32,000 nucleotides of DNA, taken from NCBI RefSeq assembly GCF_000195855.1, contig NC_002677.1:930001-962000 (forward strand), read 5' to 3'. Positions 1-9,218 of this stretch are shown here, one piece after another. This DNA is from Mycobacterium leprae TN. Its GTDB lineage: Bacteria > Actinomycetota > Actinomycetes > Mycobacteriales > Mycobacteriaceae. The notes beneath the pieces were generated by a model. The model made no database searches and was not told the origin of the DNA. It saw only the letters and a program-made list of their open reading frames with translations. Position numbers and translations under genes: made by a program. Numbering within the stretch: the stretch's first letter is position 1; every line of letters begins with the position of its first letter.

Positions 1-823
1 ACCCGTTGCAACAATGGAAAAACCCAGTTCAATGACTTTCGCGTCAGTGCGTTGGTGGAGCAATTTTGTTCACGCCAAAGACAAGATGATGGAGCGCGTC
101 AATACTCCGGTTATCCTATGTGTACGGTGGAATCGTATATCAAAAATTAATTCGATTGACCATGATGTCACCCTTGCCGTCCACGATCCATTATTCGATG
201 CGGAGAAGCCAAAGGTCAAACTGTTGGAACAGCTGATCGAGAGCACCGACTAAGCGGTCGTTGCTTGAGTGTTGAGTGACTGGCGCTGTTTTGCAGGTCT
301 ATATCCTGGCTACTCGTGGCTATGTTGTAGCAGTTTGTCGCTGACGGTTCGTTGTGGCTGTTCAAAGGAACCGCATTCGCGGTGACCTCGATGTGGCGTG
401 AGGTTTACGCCGAGGGGGAGGACGATGACTTGCTGGAGGTGGCGTTGCGCGAGGCGGCGCTAGCATTACTGCACCTGTTGGCTGCCGCTACCCCCCCGAC
501 GCAGAGACCACATCGGCGGGCGAGTCCGCCTTGCCGCTGCGGCGCGCCGTGCTGGTCGTCGGGGCCGACGATGTCACGCCGTTCAGATCTCGATGGCGCC
601 GACCTAATTGTTCGGCGATGTGCAGGACCATGATCTGGCTTGATACGTCAAACAGGAGCTGCTATTCCTGCTCTAAACCCTCAAGGTGTGACGGAGTCCG
701 GACCGTGGGGCCTAGGTATGATCGCGTACTTTACGGTCCCATAGATCTGGTGGGTGTGGAACCGGACCAGGCGTGGGTGGAAGCCAAGCCAGAAGCCTGA
801 TCGTGAGCAAGAATTTCCTGTGA

Positions 824-1950
824 GTGAAATTAATCACAACGGTCATGGCCAATATCGGAGACACTAAGCGTCTCCGCCGTGGTCGGAGCCAGTTGGCATG
901 CGCTGTGCAAGATAGCCGCGTGCGTTACCACCCCGCTATTGCCCGACGACTACATTGCACCTGGCAAATCCGCTGTGGTCCGCGCGAGCTGCGGGGTCGC
1001 GTGTTGATGGTCCGTCGGAAGACAGAAGGCTCGGCGAACCCTGGTCATTAAGCCGAGCTGGGCTTCAGCTATCAGTCCGGCTAGTACATCGGTCGGGTTG
1101 TGTAGTGGATGGGCGCTGGCAGTTGTATTCGCTGACGTCTAGCTTGGCTGCGGTGTCTGGGGCCAGGTTGGGGCGGATGGTGACTATCACCGTGAAAGCG
1201 ATGTCGGATTACCTACCTGGTAGCCGGTGTCGAGTCGGGAACCATGGTCCGGTTGGTCGCGCCCCAGGTCAATTTCGTATTACCTGACTCGGCGCTGTCG
1301 TCGATTCTGTTCTTCACCGCCGGATCCGGCATCGCCCCGGTGATATTGTGATGCTGCGCACGTTGGCGTGCTGCAACCAAATTACGGACATCACGTATCT
1401 GCATTCGGTACCCACCGGATCCGACGTAATGTTCAGCGGAGAGTTGGCCTAGGCCGGCATCCGGCCACAACTGTTTATCGGCTGCGCGTGCGACACATCC
1501 GCACCGAAGGTCGACTCGACTTCGCCCGGCTCGGCGAAGAGGTGTGCCCGGATTGGTGTGAATGCTATACTTGGGTATACAGGACAGAAGGTTTGCTTAA
1601 ATAGGCAGGGACAGTCTGGTCGGCGGACGATATCAGCGACCGGCTGCACTTGGAGCGGTTCGCGGTGTCAAAGGCCGCGCCCGCCGGAGCCGGCGGTGTA
1701 GTCAATTTGCTCATAGTCGACTCAGCGTGGCGGTTGATGCCGGAACGTCGTTGATGGATACGGGCGAAGGCCGTTGGTGTTAAGATGCCATTCTGCTGCA
1801 GGATGGACATCTGTCAGTTGTGTGTGGTCGGGATTGGTCCCAGTCCACGTCTGTGACCTGAAAACGGGTACAAGAACACGAACAGAGAACCTCGATTCAG
1901 ACGTGGGTGTCGGTCGCATCTGGCGACTGTGTGCTCGACGTCTACAGGCT
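824..1950 (+). pseudogene. Decayed ferredoxin-reductase-type oxidoreductase (FAD/NAD-binding domain plus C-terminal 2Fe-2S domain), Rv3230c-like partner of DesA3
   Basis: Homologous pieces are spread over three frames (ORFs 824-1051, 955-1287, 1368-1604, 1774-1971). Motifs seen: 'NPLWSAR', 'MVTITVKAM', '[23 protein letters not shown]', 'RLRVRHIRTEGRLDFARLGEEV', and a plant-type ferredoxin motif C-x4-C-x2-C in 'CRMDICQLCVV'. Several stops and frameshifts are present. It lies directly upstream of the desA3 relic, as Rv3230c does in M. tuberculosis (recalled). Boundaries are approximate. Confidence 0.6.
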
Positions 1951-2041
1951 ACTGAAGGGCAACCAGTCTAATAGCGTATTACGCTACCGTAAGTCTGGAA
2001 TAAATAATTAAGTTTAGGCCTGCCCACTGAACTGCAGTGAG

Positions 2042-3258
2042 ATGACGACGATGGCGATCACAGACGTCGGCGCATTCGCGCATTTAGACGGACGCTGGTA
2101 TTGAAAACTTGGCCGTTGAGTTAGATGTCATCCGCAGCGACGTTGGAGACTCGCGTGATGAGCAGCGGGACGCCCGCTGCATTCGCCGCTCCATTGCGGC
2201 GCAGGGGGGCGGGTGCTGGAGATGGCTGGCGGGGTACTACTGGCCGCCAGTTCACGGTCGGTGTTTGGCGTGGTGGGTAGGTGCGGTGACGCTGGGTGTG
2301 GCCAAGATCATCGAGAACATGGAGATTGGCCACAATGTCATGCACGGTTATGTGGGATTTGGATGAACTACCCTGAGATTTATTTTCGTGGGAGTGAGAC
2401 ATGATGAGGTGGGTTAAAGTATTGGTAATTCATTAACAAATTTCGTGTACCACAAGTACACTAACATCCTCGGTATGGACGACAACGTCTGTTACGGGCA
2501 TGTTGCGGGTCACCTGAGACCAGTGTTGGAAGAGCTTCAACATCCTTACCTTATTTTCAACACCTTGCTCCCGTTCGGCTTCGAATCGGGGTGTCGCCTT
2601 GCAGCATGTGGAATCGGCGAGATCGTAAAGAGGCGGCTGGATCATCAGGAGGCTTGGCAACGGATCGGTTGAATTTTTGGCTAAAGGCCGGTTGCCTAGT
2701 GTTCAAGGATTACGTTGCTTTCCCAGCGCTGACTATGCTGTCGCCCGGCGCGACATGTACCGGTCCACCGTGATCCGCAACGTGCGGTTTAACGCCGTCG
2801 GCTTCTGCGGGCATTTCTCGGATGGCACCGAGAAAGTTACCAAAACCGACATGATCAGCGAGAGTAAGGACCGGTGGTACCTGCGCTGCGGCAGATGCTC
2901 GTTAGTGCCAATTTCAACGCCGGGACCGCGATGTGGTTCATGAGTGGCAACCTGTACCATCAGATCGCGCATCATTTGTTATCCTGATCTGCTGAGCAAC
3001 CGGCTGGCCGAGATCTCGGTGCGGGTGCGTGAAATTAGCGACACGTATGATCTGCTGTACGCCACAGGTCGTTTTTGGTGCAGTACGACAAGATCTGGTG
3101 CAGTCTGGCCATGCTGGAGCTGCCGAACAAGTACTTGGTTGATAACGCCGACAACGTGCCGAAGATTCGCAGTGAGCGGATGTACGCTGGACGGCAACCC
3201 GGTTGGGCCGACGTGGGTTGAAGGTCGCGGTCGTCACGGTGCGGAGTTGGCGGCATAA
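2042..3258 (+). pseudogene. desA3: Acyl-CoA (stearoyl/linoleoyl) desaturase DesA3 pseudogene
   Basis: The N-terminus 'M(TTM)AITDVGAFAHL' is followed by a stop. Later pieces in shifting frames: 'AKIIENMEIGHNVMHG' (His box), 'HKYTNILGMDDN', 'VFKDYVAFPALTMLSPGAT', 'FCGHFSDGTEKVTKTDMI', 'ISVRVREISDTYDLLY', and a C-terminal '..ELAA*' at 3258. More than 5 frame changes or stops. Confidence 0.75.
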
Positions 3259-3306
3259 CAGGCGGGCCTTAGCTGCCGCGTTTAGTGCTGATGACGATCT
3301 GGCGGC

Positions 3307-3533
3307 CTAGTTGCCGGTCGTCTTGGCGGCCAGCTCTGCCAACTTCGTGTCGAGTTCTGTTGCGGCGCTGATCAATTGTCGATGCCGGCTGTCGAGATCC
3401 AGGCGTCGTGGTCGATCTGGCCGAACAGCATGAATTCGCATGGCCCGACTTGAGGCGGCGACCAGTTCGCCGTAGTTCTGTGTGCTCTGCGCGGTCCCCA
3501 GGACAGCAGCTCGATGATTGTGGCGTTGGTCAT
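3307..3533 (-). pseudogene. Small helix-turn-helix-like regulator relic (PadR/Xre-like, possibly an antitoxin), frameshifted
   Basis: From the ATG at 3533 it reads 'MTNATIIELLSWGPR..'. After a frameshift it reads '..QSTQNYGELVAA..RRLDLDSRHRQLISAATELDTKLAELAAKTTGN*', with the stop at 3307. The family assignment is only pattern-level. Its start lies 8 nt from the 19-bp perfect inverted repeat. Confidence 0.3.
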
Positions 3534-3541
3534 GCCGTTAG

Positions 3542-3587
3542 CCTCGGTACAAAGTATATACGCAAAGGTATATACTTTGTACCGAGG
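3542..3587. repeat. Perfect 19-bp inverted repeat with an 8-nt spacer (candidate operator or hairpin)
   Basis: The left arm cctcggtacaaagtatata (3542-3560) is the exact reverse complement of the right arm tatatactttgtaccgagg (3569-3587). The spacer is cgcaaagg. Checked base by base. No flanking T-run on either strand. Confidence 0.95.
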
Positions 3588-3689
3588 ATAGCGTTGCTGC
3601 AGAGTGTTAACCAGCGTGATAATGATGCGGCGCCACTAGCTTCTAGCGGGTACCCGATCGCAGTGGTGGCGCCGTTGCTTTGATCCTGG

Positions 3690-3990
3690 TCAGGCCCGCT
3701 CCGTTGTTCTGCGTTCAGGCAGCACGATCGGTGCAAACGCCTCGTTAGCCTTGAGCCGGTCGATGTCGGCCAGTGCCAACCAGCGGGTGCTATGCAACAC
3801 CTTGCCGGTGGCGGTGATGATGCCAGTCGGCATGTAGAGCGGAGCCGACTCGATCACGGTTATAGCCTGGATCCAGGCTAGCGGGCGCAGGCCCAGTGTG
3901 TTGGCAATCTTGCTGCTGGTGATCAAGACCGCGGCTCTGCCATCCGTAGAGTGGCGACGAGTTACCCGTGGTAATCAGCCGATTGATCTA
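3690..3990 (-). pseudogene. MazF/PemK-like endoribonuclease toxin relic
   Basis: The minus-strand translation is '..YRRSIG*LPRVTRRHSTDGRAAVLITSSKIANTLGLRPLAWIQAITVIESAPLYMPTGIITATGKVLHSTRWLALADIDRLK..'. This follows the MazF layout: (G.E..G.RPAVV.S)..(ITS)..(P..V.L)..(S.V....I.TID..RL). There is an in-frame stop near the N-terminus. Pattern-level similarity only. Confidence 0.3.
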
Positions 3991-4527
3991 CGGTAAGCAC
4001 TCTTTCCTCGCTTCGTTAGAGAACGATGGCTGCAATGGGCCAGCGTCTCTACGGTCGTTGCAGGTCGAATGCTAGCGTCGGATTCTAACTCGGTGATTGG
4101 GCTTAGATCGTCGTCAAAGAGGCCGTATTTGGTAAAGTCCCGTTATGTCCGCGCCAAACGGATTGTTGCCTGGCAGCACCGAGCTGCCTAGCAGCACGCG
4201 GGATATCAATTCTATACCGCTGGCGATGACGGGGTCGTAGGCGTCGGTGGGCACGCTCTGGGTGGCGAAGCTGATGGCTTGCTGGTTGCTGCCACACTGT
4301 CGGGCAACTCTGGCGCTTGGGATAGGGAATTATAGAGCAATCCAAGGCACAGAGATAATTTGGATTACCTTTCTGTAAGGATCCCTGGTGCTGTTCGACG
4401 GGCTCGGCATGTGTGGCTGGCTAGGTCGCGTTGAGCCTCTCAATGGGCTGCGAGCGTGCGGGTGTATTCTATTAAGATTAACGTGGCGTGTCGGCGTTCA
4501 GACACTCGTTCCTCGCGGGGAGGTCGG

Positions 4528-5541
4528 TTAGGTCTCCCTGAGCACCGCCAGCAGCCGTCTGGTGGCGGCCACGCGACGGACTGCGGGTCCGGATATGTTG
4601 TCCAGCGTGCATTCGGGGTCTGCCGGCGGCCCTATGTGCCTGCAGCCGCGTGGGCAGTCCTCGGTTGCTTCGGTTAGGTCCGAGAAGGCCAGCACCACGT
4701 CGTCGGGTCGGATGTGGGCCAGCCCGAACGAACGGATTCCCGGGGTGTCAATCACCCAGCCAGAACCTTCCAGTGGCAGTGCGACCGACTGAGTTGAGGT
4801 GTGCCGTCCACGGCCGGTGTCGGTGACTTCGCCTACCGACCGGTTCGCTTCGGGCACAAGACGATTCACCAGGGTTGACTTGCCGACTCCGGAATGTCCA
4901 AGTAGCACGGTGATCTTGCCGGCCAGCAAGTCCGCTACGGCGAGCAGGGGATCGCCAACACCTGCGGTGACCACCGTCAAGTCCAGATCGACAAACTGTT
5001 TAGCGAATGGTTCCAGGGGTGCGAGGTCGGTCTTGGTCAGGCACAGGATCGGTGCCAGCCCGCCAGCGTAGGCGGCGATCAGTGCTCGGTCGACCAGGCC
5101 GGTGCGTGGCGGTGGGTCCGCCAACGCCACCACGATCAGCAGTTGATCGGCATTGGCGACCACCACTCGTTCGCTTGTGTCGGTGTCATCGGCGGTGCGC
5201 CGCAACACCGTTCGGCGCTGTAAGCGCCGAACGATGCGGGCTAGGGTATCGGGTCGGCCGGACAGATCGCCAACCACCTCGACGTTGTCGCCGACGACGA
5301 TCGGGGTGTGGCCCAGCTCGCGTGCCCGCATAGCTGTGATCCGTCGATCGGGACAGTTGTCTAGTGCACAGCCCCAGCGGCCGCGATCAACACTGACCAC
5401 CATAGCAGCCTTGGCGTCAGCGTGTTCGGGACGGGTTTTGGTCCGCGGTCGTGAGCCTCGGCCGGAGCGAATCTTGACATCGGATTCGTCGTAGTAGTTG
5501 TCGGGCTTCAACCGGTCGACCTCTTGAGCATGTTCGCCCAC
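4528..5541 (-). CDS. rsgA: Ribosome small-subunit biogenesis GTPase RsgA (Rv3228-like)
   Basis: Intact 337-aa ORF. It has a circularly permuted GTPase layout: 'LTKTDL' (G4) lies before '[14 protein letters not shown]' (P-loop), and 'DTPG' (G3) follows. The C-terminus has a Cys/His zinc knuckle, '[16 protein letters not shown]'. An alternative TTG start at 5511 would overlap the aroA stop as TTGA. Confidence 0.9.
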   Translation of the reverse strand: MGEHAQEVDRLKPDNYYDESDVKIRSGRGSRPRTKTRPEHADAKAAMVVSVDRGRWGCALDNCPDRRITAMRARELGHTPIVVGDNVEVVGDLSGRPDTLARIVRRLQRRTVLRRTADDTDTSERVVVANADQLLIVVALADPPPRTGLVDRALIAAYAGGLAPILCLTKTDLAPLEPFAKQFVDLDLTVVTAGVGDPLLAVADLLAGKITVLLGHSGVGKSTLVNRLVPEANRSVGEVTDTGRGRHTSTQSVALPLEGSGWVIDTPGIRSFGLAHIRPDDVVLAFSDLTEATEDCPRGCRHIGPPADPECTLDNISGPAVRRVAATRRLLAVLRET

Positions 5542-6800
5542 AGTTGTGGGAACTGGGGTAGCGTCTTGTGGGTAGCACCGATGTCGTCGACTTCGACTCC
5601 GGAGACCCGCAACCCGACGATCGCGCCGGCCATTGCCATCCTGTGATCAGCATACGCTCGCCAGACGCCGGGCCGCAGCGGTGTCGCGGTGATAATCAAA
5701 CCGTCGGACGTTTCCTGACAGTCGCCGCCCAGACGGTTGATTTCGGTGCTCAGTGCGGCGAGTCGGTCGGTTTCGTGGCCGCGCAGATGGGCGATGCCGT
5801 GTAGTTGCGACACCGATCCTGGGGTTGCCAGTGCCGCTAGCGCTGCTACCGACGGCGTGAGCTCACCGACGTCGCGAAGGTCGACGTCGAAGCCATCGTA
5901 CACCGTCGATCCTTGTACTTCGAGGAATGAATCAGTTTGATTAACAACGACATTCAGTCGGAACAAGATGTTCAGAATATTGTCTGCGGGCTGTACACTG
6001 GTTTTTGGCCAGCCCGTGATGCGCACGGTACCGCCGCTGACCGCTGCTGCCGCCAGGAACGCAACAGCGTTCGTGAGATCGGGCTCGACGACCCAGTGCC
6101 GGGCCGCAACTGTACCGGGTCGCACCTGCCAACGGTTACCAACCGAGTCATCGACCTGGACACCGGCTTGCCGCAGCATCATAACCGTCATCGCTATATG
6201 CGGAGCTGACGGTACCGGCGAACCGGTGTGCTGCACGGTCACTCCTTGGGTGAACGACGCTGCGCACAACAACAGGCCGGAGACGAACTGTGAGGACGCC
6301 GACGCGTCAATGGCCACGGTGCCACCGGCGACTGACCCGCTGCCTTGCACCTGGAAAGGCAAACCGACGCCATCGACGGGGACGCCCAGACCACGCAGCG
6401 CATCCAGCAGCGGTGTGATCGGCCGGGCCCGGGCTTGTTCGTCGCCGTCGAAGGTGACCGGGTTGGCGCTCAGCGCCGCCAGCGGTGGGACAAAACGCAA
6501 TACTGTGCCGGCCAGACCGCAGTCCACTTGAGCGTCTTCGCCGGGGGTAATTCGGCCGTTGACCGTTAAGACAGAGCCGGCCTCGTCGACGTGTAGGCCC
6601 AGTGTCCGTAACGCTGAAATCATTAGTTCGGTATCCCTGCTGCGCAGTGCACCGCCGATGGTCGAGGTGCCTTGGCCTTGTGCTGCCGCTAGCGCTGCCA
6701 GCATCAGTGCTCGGTTGGTTTGCGATTTAGAGCCCGGAATTGTCACGTTCGCCTGCACCGGTGTCGACGCGACGGGGGCCGTCCAGGACTCGATGCTCAC
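5508..6800 (-). CDS. aroA: 3-phosphoshikimate 1-carboxyvinyltransferase (EPSP synthase)
   Basis: Intact 430-aa ORF. It has the N-terminal '[18 protein letters not shown]' signature and the typical two-domain EPSPS length and composition. It sits upstream of rsgA as in M. tuberculosis Rv3227/Rv3228. Confidence 0.95.
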   Translation of the reverse strand: MSIESWTAPVASTPVQANVTIPGSKSQTNRALMLAALAAAQGQGTSTIGGALRSRDTELMISALRTLGLHVDEAGSVLTVNGRITPGEDAQVDCGLAGTVLRFVPPLAALSANPVTFDGDEQARARPITPLLDALRGLGVPVDGVGLPFQVQGSGSVAGGTVAIDASASSQFVSGLLLCAASFTQGVTVQHTGSPVPSAPHIAMTVMMLRQAGVQVDDSVGNRWQVRPGTVAARHWVVEPDLTNAVAFLAAAAVSGGTVRITGWPKTSVQPADNILNILFRLNVVVNQTDSFLEVQGSTVYDGFDVDLRDVGELTPSVAALAALATPGSVSQLHGIAHLRGHETDRLAALSTEINRLGGDCQETSDGLIITATPLRPGVWRAYADHRMAMAGAIVGLRVSGVEVDDIGATHKTLPQFPQLWANMLKRSTG

Positions 6801-6855
6801 CTGCTACATCCTGCCGTGTTGGCGGGCGTTATGGGTATCGGGCATCATGGCAGGC

Positions 6856-7605
6856 GTGTGCGGACGGTTTGCGGTCATTACCAGTACGGCTCTATTAGCT
6901 GAGAAAATCAAGGCGGTTGACGAAGCAACTGTGGACGCTCCCAACTACAACGTGGCTCCCACGGTACCCATCGCCACAGTGGTGTCTCGCCATAGCGAGT
7001 CTGATTACGAGCCGACCCGTCGGGTGCGACTTATGCGGTGGGGATTGATTCCGCCGTGGATCAAAGCAAGTTCTGACGGTGGCCCGGACATTAAAGGTCC
7101 GCTGTTGATCAACGTTCGTGCCGACAAGGTTGCGACATCGCCGGTTTTCCGGAATTCGGCCAAGAGTAAGCGTTGCCTGGTGCCGATGGATGGTTGGTAC
7201 GAATGGCAGGTCAACGTCGATTCGGCTCTAGGAAAAAAGGCTTCCACGACACCGTTTTTCATTAACCGCGATGACGGTGCCACGCTGTTCATGGCTGGGC
7301 TGTGGTCAGTATGGCAACCGGCCAATTCTTCCGCTATGTTGTTGAGCTGCACTATCATCACCACCGACGCGGTGGGGGAGCTGGCCGAGATACACGATCG
7401 GATGCCGCTCATCCTTGCCGAATATGACTGGGATGTCTGGCTCAACCCTTACATTCCGCTGGATCCCCAGTTGCTGGCGCGATCGCCGGATGTGCACGAC
7501 ATCGACGTGCGCCCGGTGTCAACGTTGGTCAATAGTGTACGTAACAACGGGCCCGAGCTGCTCGAGCCGGTCCTGCTACAGCCGGGACAAATAACGCTGC
7601 TGTAG
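6856..7605 (+). CDS. SOS-response-associated peptidase (SRAP/YedK family, Rv3226c-like), an abasic-site DNA-protein crosslink protein
   Basis: The ORF-track ORF (6559-7605) begins antisense to aroA. The family signature requires an N-terminal Met-Cys. The GTG at 6856 gives fM-'CGRFAV..', whereas the ATG at 6847 gives 'MAGVCGRF'. The conserved 'YNVAPT', 'WGLIPPW' and 'IHDRMPLIL' motifs are present. Confidence 0.85.
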   Translation: MCGRFAVITSTALLAEKIKAVDEATVDAPNYNVAPTVPIATVVSRHSESDYEPTRRVRLMRWGLIPPWIKASSDGGPDIKGPLLINVRADKVATSPVFRNSAKSKRCLVPMDGWYEWQVNVDSALGKKASTTPFFINRDDGATLFMAGLWSVWQPANSSAMLLSCTIITTDAVGELAEIHDRMPLILAEYDWDVWLNPYIPLDPQLLARSPDVHDIDVRPVSTLVNSVRNNGPELLEPVLLQPGQITLL

Positions 7606-7619
7606 CAGTGGTCATGTCG

Positions 7620-8520
7620 CTCCTGAGTTGGCGTCTTCGCCGTCGTCTTCCTTGCTTGGTAACATCTTCGGGTGGTGGGATGTGTGTTGATTCATTTTTG
7701 GGCGTGGTCGAAGTGGGGTGGTGGAATCCACTCGATGGTCTCGTCTTTGTGTTTGCGGATGGTCTAGTTTTTCTTGGCTAGTGGGTGATGGCTACAGGTA
7801 GACGAAGTTTAGCTGGTTTATATCGGTTATGTGGTATTGGGTGTAGGGTGTGACCCTGTGCGGTTGCAGTCTTTGCCGTGTGAATAGTGATTCCCTGTGT
7901 AGGGGAGGCGAGTCGTTTGGTGTGGTCGAGTGCTATGGCTTTAGCCTTTATCAAAAATTGCGAGATAATGGTGGGTATGCCGTGCCAGGTGGATTACGTT
8001 GCTAATTAGCAGTATTGCCACCGCTGGTGAGTTCCTTTTCGGTGGTGGTCTTTATTTTAATTAATGTCCTGGTGAAGATGATGAAGTCTGGTAATTTGTT
8101 GTGCGGGAATATTTTCCCGAATTTAGCACAGGGAACACAACGCGGTGAGTCTGTCGTGGTTGCGTTGGGCGGGCACTCGGGTAGCTTAGTTGATGGCTTG
8201 TTTAGAAGGTTGGTCGTTGTTGTTGGGGGTTGCACATGATCTAGCGCGGCTAGTTTGGCCCACACTGCATTTCATGGTGTCGTGGGCTTCAGAGGGCGCG
8301 CTAGCCGTGCCGCTTTAATATGTTCTCGGTTTGCTGGTTGTTAGTGTTAAGTGTCTACACTGCGTGGTTTTCATCGTAGTCTCCGTCTTTCAGGGTTGAC
8401 GCAATAGGCGATTATGTCAGCTCGCCCAGCGAGTTGTTCGGGCCGGTGTTGGCTGTCGTGCTTAGCCAGATTGGTTTTGTTTTGCTTTCGAGTGGTCCGA
8501 TCGATCTAGCTGGGCAATTT
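7620..8520 (+). other. Strand-asymmetric G+T-rich non-coding tract
   Basis: I hand-counted several 60-nt lines (7621-7740 and 8281-8400) and found 65-73% G+T on the plus strand, with A and C each about 8-25% per line. There are many ggtgg/gtgtg/ttgg runs. No long ORF and no recognisable protein relic in any frame. Confidence 0.6.
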
Positions 8521-8536
8521 GTAGTATAATCTCTTA

Positions 8537-8628
8537 CTTACCGCACTATAACATAAAACATAACTAGTGTCGAGTTTACTTTCGCGCTGTTGGCAGCTGT
8601 AGCCGCCAACAGCGCGACTTTAATTTTT
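8537..8628 (+). ncRNA. Hypothetical ~90-nt small RNA bracketed by a consensus -10 box and an intrinsic-terminator-like hairpin
   Basis: A perfect TATAAT lies at 8525-8530 (context gtagTATAATctc). About 50 nt of AT-rich sequence follows, then the hairpin 8583-8616 and a T-run to 8628. No ATG-initiated ORF lies inside. This is purely structural inference. Confidence 0.2.
8583..8628 (+). terminator. Intrinsic-terminator-like hairpin followed by a T-rich tail
   Basis: cgcgctgttggcAGC-tgta-GCCgccaacagcgcg forms 14 of 15 possible pairs around a tgta tetraloop (8583-8616). It is followed by acTTTaaTTTTT. On the minus strand the tail is not T-rich, so it is plus-strand specific. No intact plus-strand gene lies upstream. 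Confidence 0.35.
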
Positions 8629-9218
8629 CACCTCCGGTCAACCTCCGCCGCGGTCCCAGGTCGGCGGTTTCCCGGATACGGCGGGACGCCTCGATACGGC
8701 TGATCAGAGTCCATTCGGCGATCATGTGTTAGAGCTTCTCGCCCAGTTTAGCGCTTCTGGAATGGATTGTCGAGCAAGGGAATTGATCCGAGGATGCTCC
8801 ATCGCAGGAAACCGACGACACACCCGCTCACAGCGCTCCAACAACACCAACCACTTACGGGTGGTCAATGCTTTGACGTTCAGTATGACCACATCATCGA
8901 TTGCGGCGTCGAGAGGGCGCCAAAGGTCGTCGTGATGGCCTCGCGATCGACGACACCAGCTTGAATTCATACTGTTAAACTTCCGGAGGGTCTCTAAAAA
9001 ACGCTACTGTAATATACTACTAGAACGACAGTGGAACAAATTATTTACCGGCAACGCCGCTTAAGTTGACATCTTTCCAGGTTAACCTGCACTAAGGCTA
9101 AGAGCGGCGCCACGAGTCCAGGTAGGTAAGCAAAATGCACATAACGGCCCAGATTTGGCAGGACGGATTAAGCATTGCTTCGTAGTGGAGCGAGGACGAA
9201 TTAGCCGGCGTTAGGAAC

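Noticed and set aside
14-253. A 79-aa ORF at the left edge, in lower-GC sequence
   Set aside because: No recognisable motifs and atypical composition. By synteny it could be debris of an Rv3231c-like gene, but I cannot support that from the sequence.
5568-6846. Plus-strand ORFs inside aroA (for example 5968-6531, 187 aa) and the 5' part of ORF 6559-7605
   Set aside because: They are antisense to the intact EPSP synthase gene. The SRAP homology only begins at 6856.
8722-8970. An 82-aa minus-strand ORF, and the opposite-strand fragment 'PLTGGQCFDVQYDHIIDCGVERAP' as a possible Rv3225c (GNAT-phosphotransferase) relic
   Set aside because: Synteny predicts an Rv3225c relic on the plus strand near here. 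The fragment faintly recalls an APH 'HGD...N...IDxG' block, but the match is too weak and neither ORF has clear family motifs.
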